IMG/VR virus record: IMGVR_UViG_3300027736_000020
Coordinates: 32,001-96,000 of that record
Strand: one strand, 5' to 3'
Length of the DNA stretch: 64,000 nucleotides
Source: a virus
Shown here one piece after another: positions 1 through 8,291 of the stretch; positions within the stretch are counted from its first letter, which is position 1, and each line of letters starts with the position of its first letter. A program made the translations under genes and the position numbers. Under the pieces are notes generated by a model, which searched no databases, was not told the origin of the DNA, and worked only from the letters and a program-made list of their open reading frames with translations.

Positions 1-966
1 TTCTGCAGTAGGGAAACAAAGATGCTTGCGCTTGCCTTTTTCCATCGGAAAATAGACAACCGTTGGAGTTCCAATGGAAGGCTGTCCAAAATACCGTTGA
101 CTGTACGTATCCTTGATCTTGTATGTTCCGGTCTTGATCAGATAGGAGCGACCACCAAATTCATAGCCAAGAGCCTCTGCAATTTCGTAATGAGTATATT
201 GTTCAAAATCAGGACTGTGCGTATGTCCGGTTGCAACAACATGAGCCGGAAAACGTGTTTGATACAGTCGTTTGTTGCCAGCAAGCTTGTGCGCACTGTT
301 ATGAGAACGAGACTGATGCATGATCAAATGTGTGTAGAATGTGTCACCAATGTATAATTCAACAAAACCTTCTCCATCGAGAGCAATGGTCTTGCCTTTT
401 CGGACTCCTTCGCGCCAAATAAAATTGGCTGCTTCATACCCAATGACTCGCTCATCAAACTCAACGGAATGGTTATCCCATGTGATGATCCACAACTTGT
501 TGGCTTCCACAAGTCGAGAAGCAATGTCTTCAAGAACAAGGTTCTGCAAGTCTCCGGCAAATGCCTGTCCATGTACCGCAGAAACATTCTTGAACGATCC
601 AAAATTGTCCTTGAGATCACCCACCGTTGCCAGTCCCAATCGTGGAGTATTCAGGATGTAATCCAGATCATGTTGCATCTGGTCGTAATCACATCCAAGG
701 CTTCCAAGATGCCAGTCAGACGAATACACGATGGCAACAGGACCGTCTGCATGTCGAAGGTCCAGATATGCCCGTTCCGTTCGATACGATGTTTGCTCCT
801 TGAGTTTCTGGAATTCCTTTGCAACACGAAAAACATCTTCGTATCTGACTTTGCCTTCCGGAGAAAAAGGAATCTGTGGAATGATCTGTCCTGTGTGGTC
901 ATATCCATTGGAAGACAATGGGATTTCTTGCAAGCGAAGTTTTGGGTTTGCTCCTGCGCTTTTCAT
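1..966 (-). CDS. Calcineurin-like metallophosphoesterase (3' end outside window)
   Basis: Hand translation from ATG at 966 (SD AGGAG upstream) is open to position 1: MKSAGANPKL...YSDWHLG...TVGDLKDN...ITWDNHS...IMHQ...ATGHTH. These are the DxH, GDxxD, xNH, H and GHxH motifs. Missing from the ORF track because it has no stop in the window. Confidence 0.88.
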   Translation of the reverse strand, partial: MKSAGANPKLRLQEIPLSSNGYDHTGQIIPQIPFSPEGKVRYEDVFRVAKEFQKLKEQTSYRTERAYLDLRHADGPVAIVYSSDWHLGSLGCDYDQMQHDLDYILNTPRLGLATVGDLKDNFGSFKNVSAVHGQAFAGDLQNLVLEDIASRLVEANKLWIITWDNHSVEFDERVIGYEAANFIWREGVRKGKTIALDGEGFVELYIGDTFYTHLIMHQSRSHNSAHKLAGNKRLYQTRFPAHVVATGHTHSPDFEQYTHYEIAEALGYEFGGRSYLIKTGTYKIKDTYSQRYFGQPSIGTPTVVYFPMEKGKRKHLCFPTAE

Positions 967-999
967 GTTAACTCCTGTTTTTTGCGGCAAATAAACAAG

Positions 1000-1023
1000 A
1001 ATCCCCGCAATAAAGCGGGGATT
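1000..1023 (-). terminator. Probable intrinsic terminator
   Basis: Perfect 9-bp inverted repeat AATCCCCGC-aataaa-GCGGGGATT between the 1054 ORF stop and the phosphoesterase RBS; on the minus strand it is followed by a U-rich run (cttgtttattt). Confidence 0.65.
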
Positions 1024-1053
1024 CAATCACACACTTCAAGAAAGTTTACCAGA

Positions 1054-1452
1054 TTACTTCGGAGTATTGTTCTCGGCTTGCTTGGCAGTTACTGCCTCGT
1101 TGGAGATAAAGAACTTGCCCCAAACTTTTGCACTTGGGAATTCCTGCTCAAGAGCATTCTGCTCACTTACCGCACGGTTCAATCGTTCCGTGGCAGTGCT
1201 CAATCGCTGTTCGTTATTTCGCGTAGACGCAAACCTGACATCAACCTGCGCACGGATCTTCTCGCGCTCAAGTTCTGCCCAGAGTTCTCCTGAGTACTTT
1301 CCTGAAGCAAGAATATCCACGAATTCCTCATACGGCATGTCTCCAGTGCCCTCAGGGGTTTCATCTTCGGGATGTTCCTTGGCAATTCCGTCAATAATCA
1401 TTTCTTCCTCCGAGATCTTGCCATTCCTGTTGTTCTTGGTGAGCGCTGCCAT
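1054..1452 (-). CDS. Hypothetical protein, acidic N-terminus and coiled-coil C-terminus
   Basis: ORF-track 1054..1476; start moved to MAALTK (1452), which has SD AAGGAG at good spacing. Confidence 0.75.
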   Translation of the reverse strand: MAALTKNNRNGKISEEEMIIDGIAKEHPEDETPEGTGDMPYEEFVDILASGKYSGELWAELEREKIRAQVDVRFASTRNNEQRLSTATERLNRAVSEQNALEQEFPSAKVWGKFFISNEAVTAKQAENNTPK

Positions 1453-1485
1453 TGTTCTCTCCTTCTGCCAACACATGTGGCATTT

Positions 1486-1493
1486 GTATTATA
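1486..1493 (-). promoter_or_regulatory. Putative extended -10 promoter element (TGCTATAAT spans 1488-1496 on the minus strand)
   Basis: TGnTATAAT about 36 nt upstream of the 1452 start; no good -35 seen. Confidence 0.35.
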
Positions 1494-2253
1494 GCAGATT
1501 TTTTTTGATTTCTTGAAGAACGGCGCATTTAAGCGACGGATTGAACCTGTTGTATCTCCATTGCAAGGTTTGATAATTCTTGAAATGACTTGTTAACGAT
1601 TCACACGCGATAGCAGATGAATGAAGAAAATTATTTGGACGAAACTCTTTAAGAATTATTTTTTTGTCTGTATAAAACTTTACATACATGGATGGATCTC
1701 CATCTTTACATTTAAAGGTTTTAATATTATTCCACAGAAGATACTCAACATTGAGGGCTCGAAACCATTGACCAATATCAAATTTTCCAGTCACTTGTGC
1801 TCCGTATTGAGAAGCAACAGTGTTGTGCAAATATGGAGGTAAAATTTCCATTTCAAGCGAGTCTTCACAAAAAAAGATAGTTTGAAATTCAAAAGATACA
1901 GACATTCTCTGCGACTGTTGATTGTTTGTTAAAGATGGAACGTTTTCAGCGTTATAGTCTGGATTTCCAATACGCAAAAAATGTGCATTTTTTGGGCTTC
2001 CAATAAGTTTTTTTTCTTCGTCAAATTCAAAATCAGCATCAATTGGAAATTTAAAAAATAACATATTTGATTTTGAATCTTGATGAGCAGGACAAGACAG
2101 CAATACTTGAGACCTCGTATCCTTTTGATTCATATCTATATCGTCTTTGTTTAGGAAAACGGGATTCTCTTGAACTAGTCTTCGTATTGCCCAATCGGTT
2201 TCTCTTGCGTGTATTGCCCAATATACAGTAATAGAATTTTCATTGAGGCTCAT
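1489..2253 (-). CDS. Hypothetical protein (CPA-motif accessory protein)
   Basis: ORF-track 1489..2373; likely start MSLNEN (2253) after AAAGGA. Contains SCPAHQD...FPIDADF and GKFDIGQWFRALN. A dUTPase-like beta fold is only a guess. Confidence 0.7.
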   Translation of the reverse strand: MSLNENSITVYWAIHARETDWAIRRLVQENPVFLNKDDIDMNQKDTRSQVLLSCPAHQDSKSNMLFFKFPIDADFEFDEEKKLIGSPKNAHFLRIGNPDYNAENVPSLTNNQQSQRMSVSFEFQTIFFCEDSLEMEILPPYLHNTVASQYGAQVTGKFDIGQWFRALNVEYLLWNNIKTFKCKDGDPSMYVKFYTDKKIILKEFRPNNFLHSSAIACESLTSHFKNYQTLQWRYNRFNPSLKCAVLQEIKKNLL

Positions 2254-3238
2254 AGCCAAATCCTTTTTGTGCAAACAAAAACAAATCGGGATGCTTATGC
2301 CGAATAATACCTTCCGGAAGCATTGTCTTGGTTTGGAATGCCGATAATATGTCTGCATCTGAAATATTTCCATATCCAGATCCCGGATTGATAAGCTGTG
2401 AATCGGTTATTTTGCCATTAGAATCTGTATCTGTAACAAATATCTCTGCATGTTGTCCGGTGCTTCCTTGTGCGTCAATCACGTCTCGAACTTTATGATT
2501 TTTGCCTCCATCAACAATTGTGTAATTAACTACAGATCCATCAGAACATTTTAATGTTAGCAAACAACCCGATCCTGCGTCAACATCCTCGGAAAATCTT
2601 GGGAGTCCTGCTGGCCCCCCCAAAGATACAAACTGAACAGGAGGATCAAACGGATCCCAACCCTCAATGTGTAAAGCTACATTTTTAAGCATCCAGAAAT
2701 CCTCAGAAGGAATCTCGTGAGATCCAGTAGAATTTTTTCTTCTTTTGCTTAACAGCGGAATATGTTTAAAATGACTCAACTCCCAGATGTCTTCATATTC
2801 ACTGTCATTATCAATTTCTTTAATTTTTGTTGCCCATATACCGGGACTAAAGTTATTTAAAGATTTACACTCAAAAGTAATATATTTTTCAATATTATTC
2901 CACCATAATTCAGAGGATTTTGGATAATTAATAATAAAATGAAGTTTATTATTATAATTTTTTGGTAAATGTCTTTTGTAATAAACTCCATCTTTTTCTT
3001 GCTCGGAATTTTTCATAAAAAAATCAATAAAAATACTTCTTGAAATGGGATTTGTTACAAATAATACATTTTGTTCAAGATATGTTATGAATTCTTTAAT
3101 TGATCCTTCAAATATTTTATAGGGAGTATGTTGGGTATATGGAGTAGTTTCCCAAAATCTAGTAGAAGCTTTTTCATGACTCAAAAACAACTTCTCTGTT
3201 GACTGTTTTTTTAAATCAAAATCAAACTCTTTTTTCAT
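2240..3238 (-). CDS. Hypothetical protein, AT-rich N-terminal part plus C-terminal GSGY-type beta repeat
   Basis: 332-aa ORF overlapping its neighbours; the C-terminal ITDSQLINPGSGY resembles fibre or decoration repeats. Confidence 0.7.
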   Translation of the reverse strand: MKKEFDFDLKKQSTEKLFLSHEKASTRFWETTPYTQHTPYKIFEGSIKEFITYLEQNVLFVTNPISRSIFIDFFMKNSEQEKDGVYYKRHLPKNYNNKLHFIINYPKSSELWWNNIEKYITFECKSLNNFSPGIWATKIKEIDNDSEYEDIWELSHFKHIPLLSKRRKNSTGSHEIPSEDFWMLKNVALHIEGWDPFDPPVQFVSLGGPAGLPRFSEDVDAGSGCLLTLKCSDGSVVNYTIVDGGKNHKVRDVIDAQGSTGQHAEIFVTDTDSNGKITDSQLINPGSGYGNISDADILSAFQTKTMLPEGIIRHKHPDLFLFAQKGFGYEPQ

Positions 3239-4115
3239 ATGAATATTCCAAATCTTCTTCTACTTCTTTGAACCAAAAAATAGCTCCACCAATGGATACC
3301 GCAACCTTTGTCACTGTAACAGTTTGACTACTTGCTGCCCCGCTAACTGGCGGAACAGAAGATGTGTAAATTCTAGCAGAAGAAACTGCACCAGAGGGAC
3401 CAGCCGCTCCACCTCCGTTGTTGCCTGTAGCATTATCGCATACTGTTTCCGTTTTGGGATTATTGTACCAGTCTTTCTGAGATCCACAAGTGCTGGTAGT
3501 GTCAGCACAATTCCAATAGCCACCAGTATATACTGAGCGACAATTCGTCTGATATGTCCAACTGAATGAGGGCCACCCAGTGTTGCCAGTTCCACCCGCC
3601 ATGGAAAGAGTGCCGCTTGTTCCCGAATAATTTTCTGCAAGAATCAATACATATCCTGCACCGCTTCCTCCTTGATTATTGTTGTACGTAACTCCGTTAT
3701 TTCCTCCCCATGTTCCTGTTCCATTGTATCCGCTTGAAATTATCTGCCCATTGTTCACGAATTTTTTTGCCATTATTTTCATGGCATTTGCTCCGTAATT
3801 TGTTCCCCAAGAAGAGGCATAGTTAGCACCATTGGCGCTTGCGGGAAGAACGTCTTGCGGTGAAGCTAACGTGTACGCTGCTCCAGTTCCCGCAGTGTCG
3901 CTAGAAATTAATTGCGCAGATTTAATAACTCCATTATTTGTTAACGTACCAGATACCCTCAAATCAGTTGTCCTACTCAAGGTAATAGTTACCCCTGAAT
4001 TTATTGTCAAATCTCCATAGTAGTATGAAGTATTTGCTGAAAAATCAGTATTTGTGCTGATTGTAACACTATTTGTTGCAGTACCAAAATTTACAACTTG
4101 ATTTGCATAAATCAT
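3222..4115 (-). CDS. Glycine-rich virion/fibre-associated protein
   Basis: 297 aa directly after the tail fibre; GDLTINSGVT, GGSGAGYVLILA and GGGAAG motifs, plus a 4-Cys segment. Confidence 0.75.
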   Translation of the reverse strand: MIYANQVVNFGTATNSVTISTNTDFSANTSYYYGDLTINSGVTITLSRTTDLRVSGTLTNNGVIKSAQLISSDTAGTGAAYTLASPQDVLPASANGANYASSWGTNYGANAMKIMAKKFVNNGQIISSGYNGTGTWGGNNGVTYNNNQGGSGAGYVLILAENYSGTSGTLSMAGGTGNTGWPSFSWTYQTNCRSVYTGGYWNCADTTSTCGSQKDWYNNPKTETVCDNATGNNGGGAAGPSGAVSSARIYTSSVPPVSGAASSQTVTVTKVAVSIGGAIFWFKEVEEDLEYSYEKRV

Positions 4116-4129
4116 TTTTGTGCACCTTT

Positions 4130-7100
4130 TTATGAAAAGACAAGCGATAAACCTAGAAAATTTGCCGCATTTGTAGCAGTGACTCTAAAATAATACCCTG
4201 TATTAGGAGTTAGGGTAGACAGTGCTGTGTACGTCCCCGTTGATGTTGTGCTAGTAGCAATTGAGGCAGTTATGCCACCAGTTAATGTTGCAGTAACAGT
4301 TCCTCCTGAATAATTTCCGGGAACAACCAAGTATACATACGCGATGTTTCCAATAGCCATGGAGTAATAATACTGTCCGCTTGTCGCGTCAGTTGACAAA
4401 CTCACTGTAGAAGTAAAAGCCGAAGCAGGAATAAAACAACGAGGTGCGAATCCTCCAGTAACCGCTGAACTTGTGCTCACATTGCCTGTAGTATTGTTAA
4501 TTGTAAGTGGCCGGAGAGCCGACCAATTATCTCCCGAAGTTCCAGACGTTCCGAAAAGAAAATACACATTAGTGCCATCATTTCTCAACACAAGTGTGCC
4601 AATTCGAAGTCCATTTGCACCAGTTGTGGTAAATTCTCCGGCAGCTGATATGGCTGATCCACCAGACGTAGAAGAAATAGTTCCACTTGCCGATATCGTG
4701 GAAAACGCTCCAGTACTTGCGGTTGTGGCCCCTATGGTTCCGGTGATTCCTCCGCTAGCGGTGATAAGACCACTTGCCGATATCGTGGAAAACGCTCCAG
4801 TACTTGCGGTTGTGGCCCCTATGGTTCCGGTGATTCCTCCGCTAGCGGTGATAAGACCACTTGCCGATATGGTGGTAAATGCTCCAGTACTTGCAGTACT
4901 CGCGCCTACCGTGCCGTTCCATGCTCCAGTGGTAATTGTTCCAACACCGGTAATTCCAGTGTTTGCCAAAGATGCCCAAGCGGGAACACCTGCTGATGTC
5001 ATTGTAAGCAAAGAAGTAGCACTAGCTGGTTTGGTCAATTTGGCAAGAGTCGTTGTTGAATCAGCGTACAGAATATCTCCAACTGCGTAGCCAGTTGTTC
5101 CTGTGCCTCCACTTGAAGCAGAAACACCTGTTCCTCCTCCGCTAACAACAAAACTTGCTGCGGTAACTTTTCCTTGAACAACAATGCTATCTACATCAGA
5201 TGGTTTTGATTGTGCCGTTCGTCCAATGTAAATGGATCCATTATCATAACCGCGAAAAAATTCAGTCAATGCGGTTGTGCTGCCTGCATTGACCCACAAG
5301 CTTAGATATCCTGCGTATTCATTGATAACAGAAGATGCTTTTCGAGCACTGATTCCACCAAATGCGGTAAATGTAGGCGTTGCATTTACTGCTCCACCAA
5401 GGGCAATTCTTGCTCCAGAATCCGCTGCCCAAGCAGCACTGCTGCGAACGTACAACGAAGAAGCCAAGGAAGTATACGTAGATGTTCCAGAAACATCCAA
5501 AGCATTGCTTATTGTTTGAGGAGAATCACCAAATCCAAAAGCAAGACCTCCTTGTCGAGCAATATATGCAGGAAGTGAATGAGTATGATCTCCACGAGAA
5601 ATATTGACAGTTGTTCCAGCAGTGCCTTGTCCATCATTAGGAAGAGTACTGTAGGAAGTGTAATACCCATCCAGTCTTGGATGAGTATGTTCTCTGTGCG
5701 CCGCAAATTGTTGTGTTGATGAAGGATAAACAAGTCCTGTTCCATAGCCAGAAAAATCCAAAGTGGTTACTGCTGACGAAGCAGTAAATGATGATCCTTC
5801 TATGTACGAAGGAGCTGATGCTCCTGCAATGGTATTCCATTGTGCCGTAGTTGTTGTGCCAAGCCATCCAATAATATAATTATTTCCAGCAACTATGTAT
5901 TTGACAGGAAACATTCCCCAATTTCCCGTATCTCCCGGACTAGAAGGAATAGGCGTAAATGTAGCTTTACCTGCGTATACCGTTCCTGTTCCTGTTCCTG
6001 CTCCAGTAGCAGTAAAAATTGTTCCGATCATGTTTGATGCAGCGCCAACCGAAGTAAAATCAGTTGTTCCACGAGTGTAAATAGTATATGTTGTTCCGTT
6101 CACCATTGATGTTGCATTTACAACAGTATATCCAGACGTTGTTGACCATGTGTCTTGAAATCCTGCAACATTTGCCGAAATAGTAAGATTTAAAAAGTCA
6201 TCACTCCATAAGTCATCAAATGTATAATTTGATCCTGCAACTTGTCCACTTGCCAAGGATAAAGTAATGTTTGCTCCGGCAACAAAATTTAATCTTCTTT
6301 TTTGAACAGCACCTGACAAACCGACCGATCCAGTTGCTGTTCCTGAAGAAGAAGTAATTGAAACCCCTACTCTAGCTGTTGCATCCAGAACATGTGAAGA
6401 AGTAAAAGGATCAGAACCACCTATTGCATGAGTTGCAATGTGTGCCGTAGGATTATATGAGGAAGGTTGCGCGTGCACATGATCAATTCGTGCAACTTCG
6501 AATGACGATCCGGATGAAGCCGTAATAGTTGACGCAGTTCCAAGAAACGAGGCTGGTGTTGTTGTTCCCAAATATCCATATGAATACGTTGTTGTTCCAT
6601 TAAAGCCAACGCGCAAGGATTTGGATGTGGAATCCCATTGAACGTCTCCTGTTGCGGTAGGAGCAGCACCTGCGCTATTTTTTAATGTCAACGTAACAGC
6701 AGAAGAAATTGTTCCTCCAGTTATGGCAACATTTGAGGAACTAAAAAGGGTATTTGAAGTAAGTGTTGGCAATGAATTTGCGGCAGAAGATGTTGAAGAG
6801 ATAAAAGCTCCAGCAGATGTCACGTTGCCTGTCAACGTTGATGTACCAGCTACGGATAACGATCCGTATCCTGATGCTCCAATTGAAAGTCCATACACTG
6901 TTGAAGATGTATAAGAAAAGTTTCCTATTGCATTTCCAGCAACCGAGACGCCTAACGTGCTCGGTGTTCCTGTGGTTCTGTAAAAACCAGTATTTCTTTC
7001 ATTGGAACCACTTTCAAACGTAATTGAAGGATTTGCAGCAGTGCCCTTTTCAATCACAGACAATCTTTTTGCAACAACATAACTTAATATGGTGGAATAA

Positions 7101-8272
7101 TCAAATGAATTCAAAAGAATATCTTGGGAAGCACCCGGAGTTCCAGTAACGGCAATTCCGGAAGCTAGATTTGCTTGTCCGGGATTGTTTGTTGTCGACG
7201 TTGCTCCAGCGTATTGCGCAGTTAACGTAATGCTGGCATTATTTGTTGGCCCCACAACGGTAGTTCCCTGCGTACTTGTTGCAATGGTATTTGCAAGAAG
7301 TGCAGATGTATATGTACTACCAGATTTTGTTACAACAGCCAAGGGGAGTCCGTATACTCGTCCATCAACCGTATTGAGCTGTTGCGCATCATCATCTGTT
7401 CCTCTTCCGGCAATATACAAAGAAGAATCAAGATTGTCGGCAAATTCAAGAAAAGATTTTCGCATGTCTGCACGATAAACCGTATCAGACAAGATGCTCA
7501 CTAATGTTTGTGGACTTGACAAAGCAGTCGTATCATAATTATCGGCTCGATAAAAAGTATATGGATTTGTAGAAGCATTTGTTGATATGAAAGAAGAGGA
7601 TCTTCCTCCTTGAGCTTTTACGCTTGAATTTGCAGGAGTTGATACTGTATAGGAAACACCAGTGATGAATCCAAGGCTAACATCATTGGTAGTTATTGCT
7701 GAGGTGCGCAATCTCCAGCGTAACTGAATTCTGCGTGTTGTTTCTGCGCCAAAAACTGGATCCGTCATGATGTTTGTAATAGCATTATCTGCAGTATCAG
7801 TTCCTCCATATTTGTAAATAGTTGCACTTTTGTTTTCAGTTACTGAAGCATTGCTGCTTATTGTTTCACCTGATGCGGCTGTTGGCACTACTTCTTGATA
7901 CCATGCTTCAAGCCAGACAAAAGTATTCACATTTGTACTATCTACTGTAACAGTCATGGTGGAACCAGATGCAGCAGAAGCAATGGTAAAAATATTTCCT
8001 TGAATGTTCACGAAAGATTTTTGAATAGTTAAGGTATTTGAACTAATCGTAATATTGGGATTTGTCAAGAATCCCGAAGACTTATAGATACTTTGAACAA
8101 ATCTCTGTTGATTTTTTGCAATGATATCCTGCATGACATTCAAGTCAAAATCAAGGATACTCTTGCCCTGTTGAAAAACTACCGACTCCAAGGATTGATT
8201 TGCCGTGTCAATTGACGACACGCGACTTGTTCTTGTGGGGTAAATTCCAAGAGCAGAGTTTATCTTCTTCAT
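4130..8272 (-). CDS. Baseplate-anchored tail fibre
   Basis: 1380 aa right after the wedge gene. N-terminal VVFQQGKSILDFDLNVMQDI anchor-type motif, Thr/Ser/Gly-rich shaft, HxH motifs and tandem repeats. Confidence 0.85.
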   Translation of the reverse strand: MKKINSALGIYPTRTSRVSSIDTANQSLESVVFQQGKSILDFDLNVMQDIIAKNQQRFVQSIYKSSGFLTNPNITISSNTLTIQKSFVNIQGNIFTIASAASGSTMTVTVDSTNVNTFVWLEAWYQEVVPTAASGETISSNASVTENKSATIYKYGGTDTADNAITNIMTDPVFGAETTRRIQLRWRLRTSAITTNDVSLGFITGVSYTVSTPANSSVKAQGGRSSSFISTNASTNPYTFYRADNYDTTALSSPQTLVSILSDTVYRADMRKSFLEFADNLDSSLYIAGRGTDDDAQQLNTVDGRVYGLPLAVVTKSGSTYTSALLANTIATSTQGTTVVGPTNNASITLTAQYAGATSTTNNPGQANLASGIAVTGTPGASQDILLNSFDYSTILSYVVAKRLSVIEKGTAANPSITFESGSNERNTGFYRTTGTPSTLGVSVAGNAIGNFSYTSSTVYGLSIGASGYGSLSVAGTSTLTGNVTSAGAFISSTSSAANSLPTLTSNTLFSSSNVAITGGTISSAVTLTLKNSAGAAPTATGDVQWDSTSKSLRVGFNGTTTYSYGYLGTTTPASFLGTASTITASSGSSFEVARIDHVHAQPSSYNPTAHIATHAIGGSDPFTSSHVLDATARVGVSITSSSGTATGSVGLSGAVQKRRLNFVAGANITLSLASGQVAGSNYTFDDLWSDDFLNLTISANVAGFQDTWSTTSGYTVVNATSMVNGTTYTIYTRGTTDFTSVGAASNMIGTIFTATGAGTGTGTVYAGKATFTPIPSSPGDTGNWGMFPVKYIVAGNNYIIGWLGTTTTAQWNTIAGASAPSYIEGSSFTASSAVTTLDFSGYGTGLVYPSSTQQFAAHREHTHPRLDGYYTSYSTLPNDGQGTAGTTVNISRGDHTHSLPAYIARQGGLAFGFGDSPQTISNALDVSGTSTYTSLASSLYVRSSAAWAADSGARIALGGAVNATPTFTAFGGISARKASSVINEYAGYLSLWVNAGSTTALTEFFRGYDNGSIYIGRTAQSKPSDVDSIVVQGKVTAASFVVSGGGTGVSASSGGTGTTGYAVGDILYADSTTTLAKLTKPASATSLLTMTSAGVPAWASLANTGITGVGTITTGAWNGTVGASTASTGAFTTISASGLITASGGITGTIGATTASTGAFSTISASGLITASGGITGTIGATTASTGAFSTISASGTISSTSGGSAISAAGEFTTTGANGLRIGTLVLRNDGTNVYFLFGTSGTSGDNWSALRPLTINNTTGNVSTSSAVTGGFAPRCFIPASAFTSTVSLSTDATSGQYYYSMAIGNIAYVYLVVPGNYSGGTVTATLTGGITASIATSTTSTGTYTALSTLTPNTGYYFRVTATNAANFLGLSLVFS
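4683..4870. repeat. Perfect 87-bp tandem repeat (29 aa) in tail fibre
   Basis: Units start at 4683, 4770 and 4857 (third partial); the first two are identical. Encodes TISASGLITASGGITGTIGATTASTGAFS. Confidence 0.95.
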
Positions 8273-8291
8273 GAGGTTTTCCTTGGATTGA

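Noticed and set aside
22-1516. Plus-strand ORFs (22..357, 341..661, 469..1293, 1067..1516) and short minus ORFs 324..620 and 651..908
   Set aside because: Antisense or off-frame shadows of the metallophosphoesterase and the 1054 ORF; no motifs or RBS.
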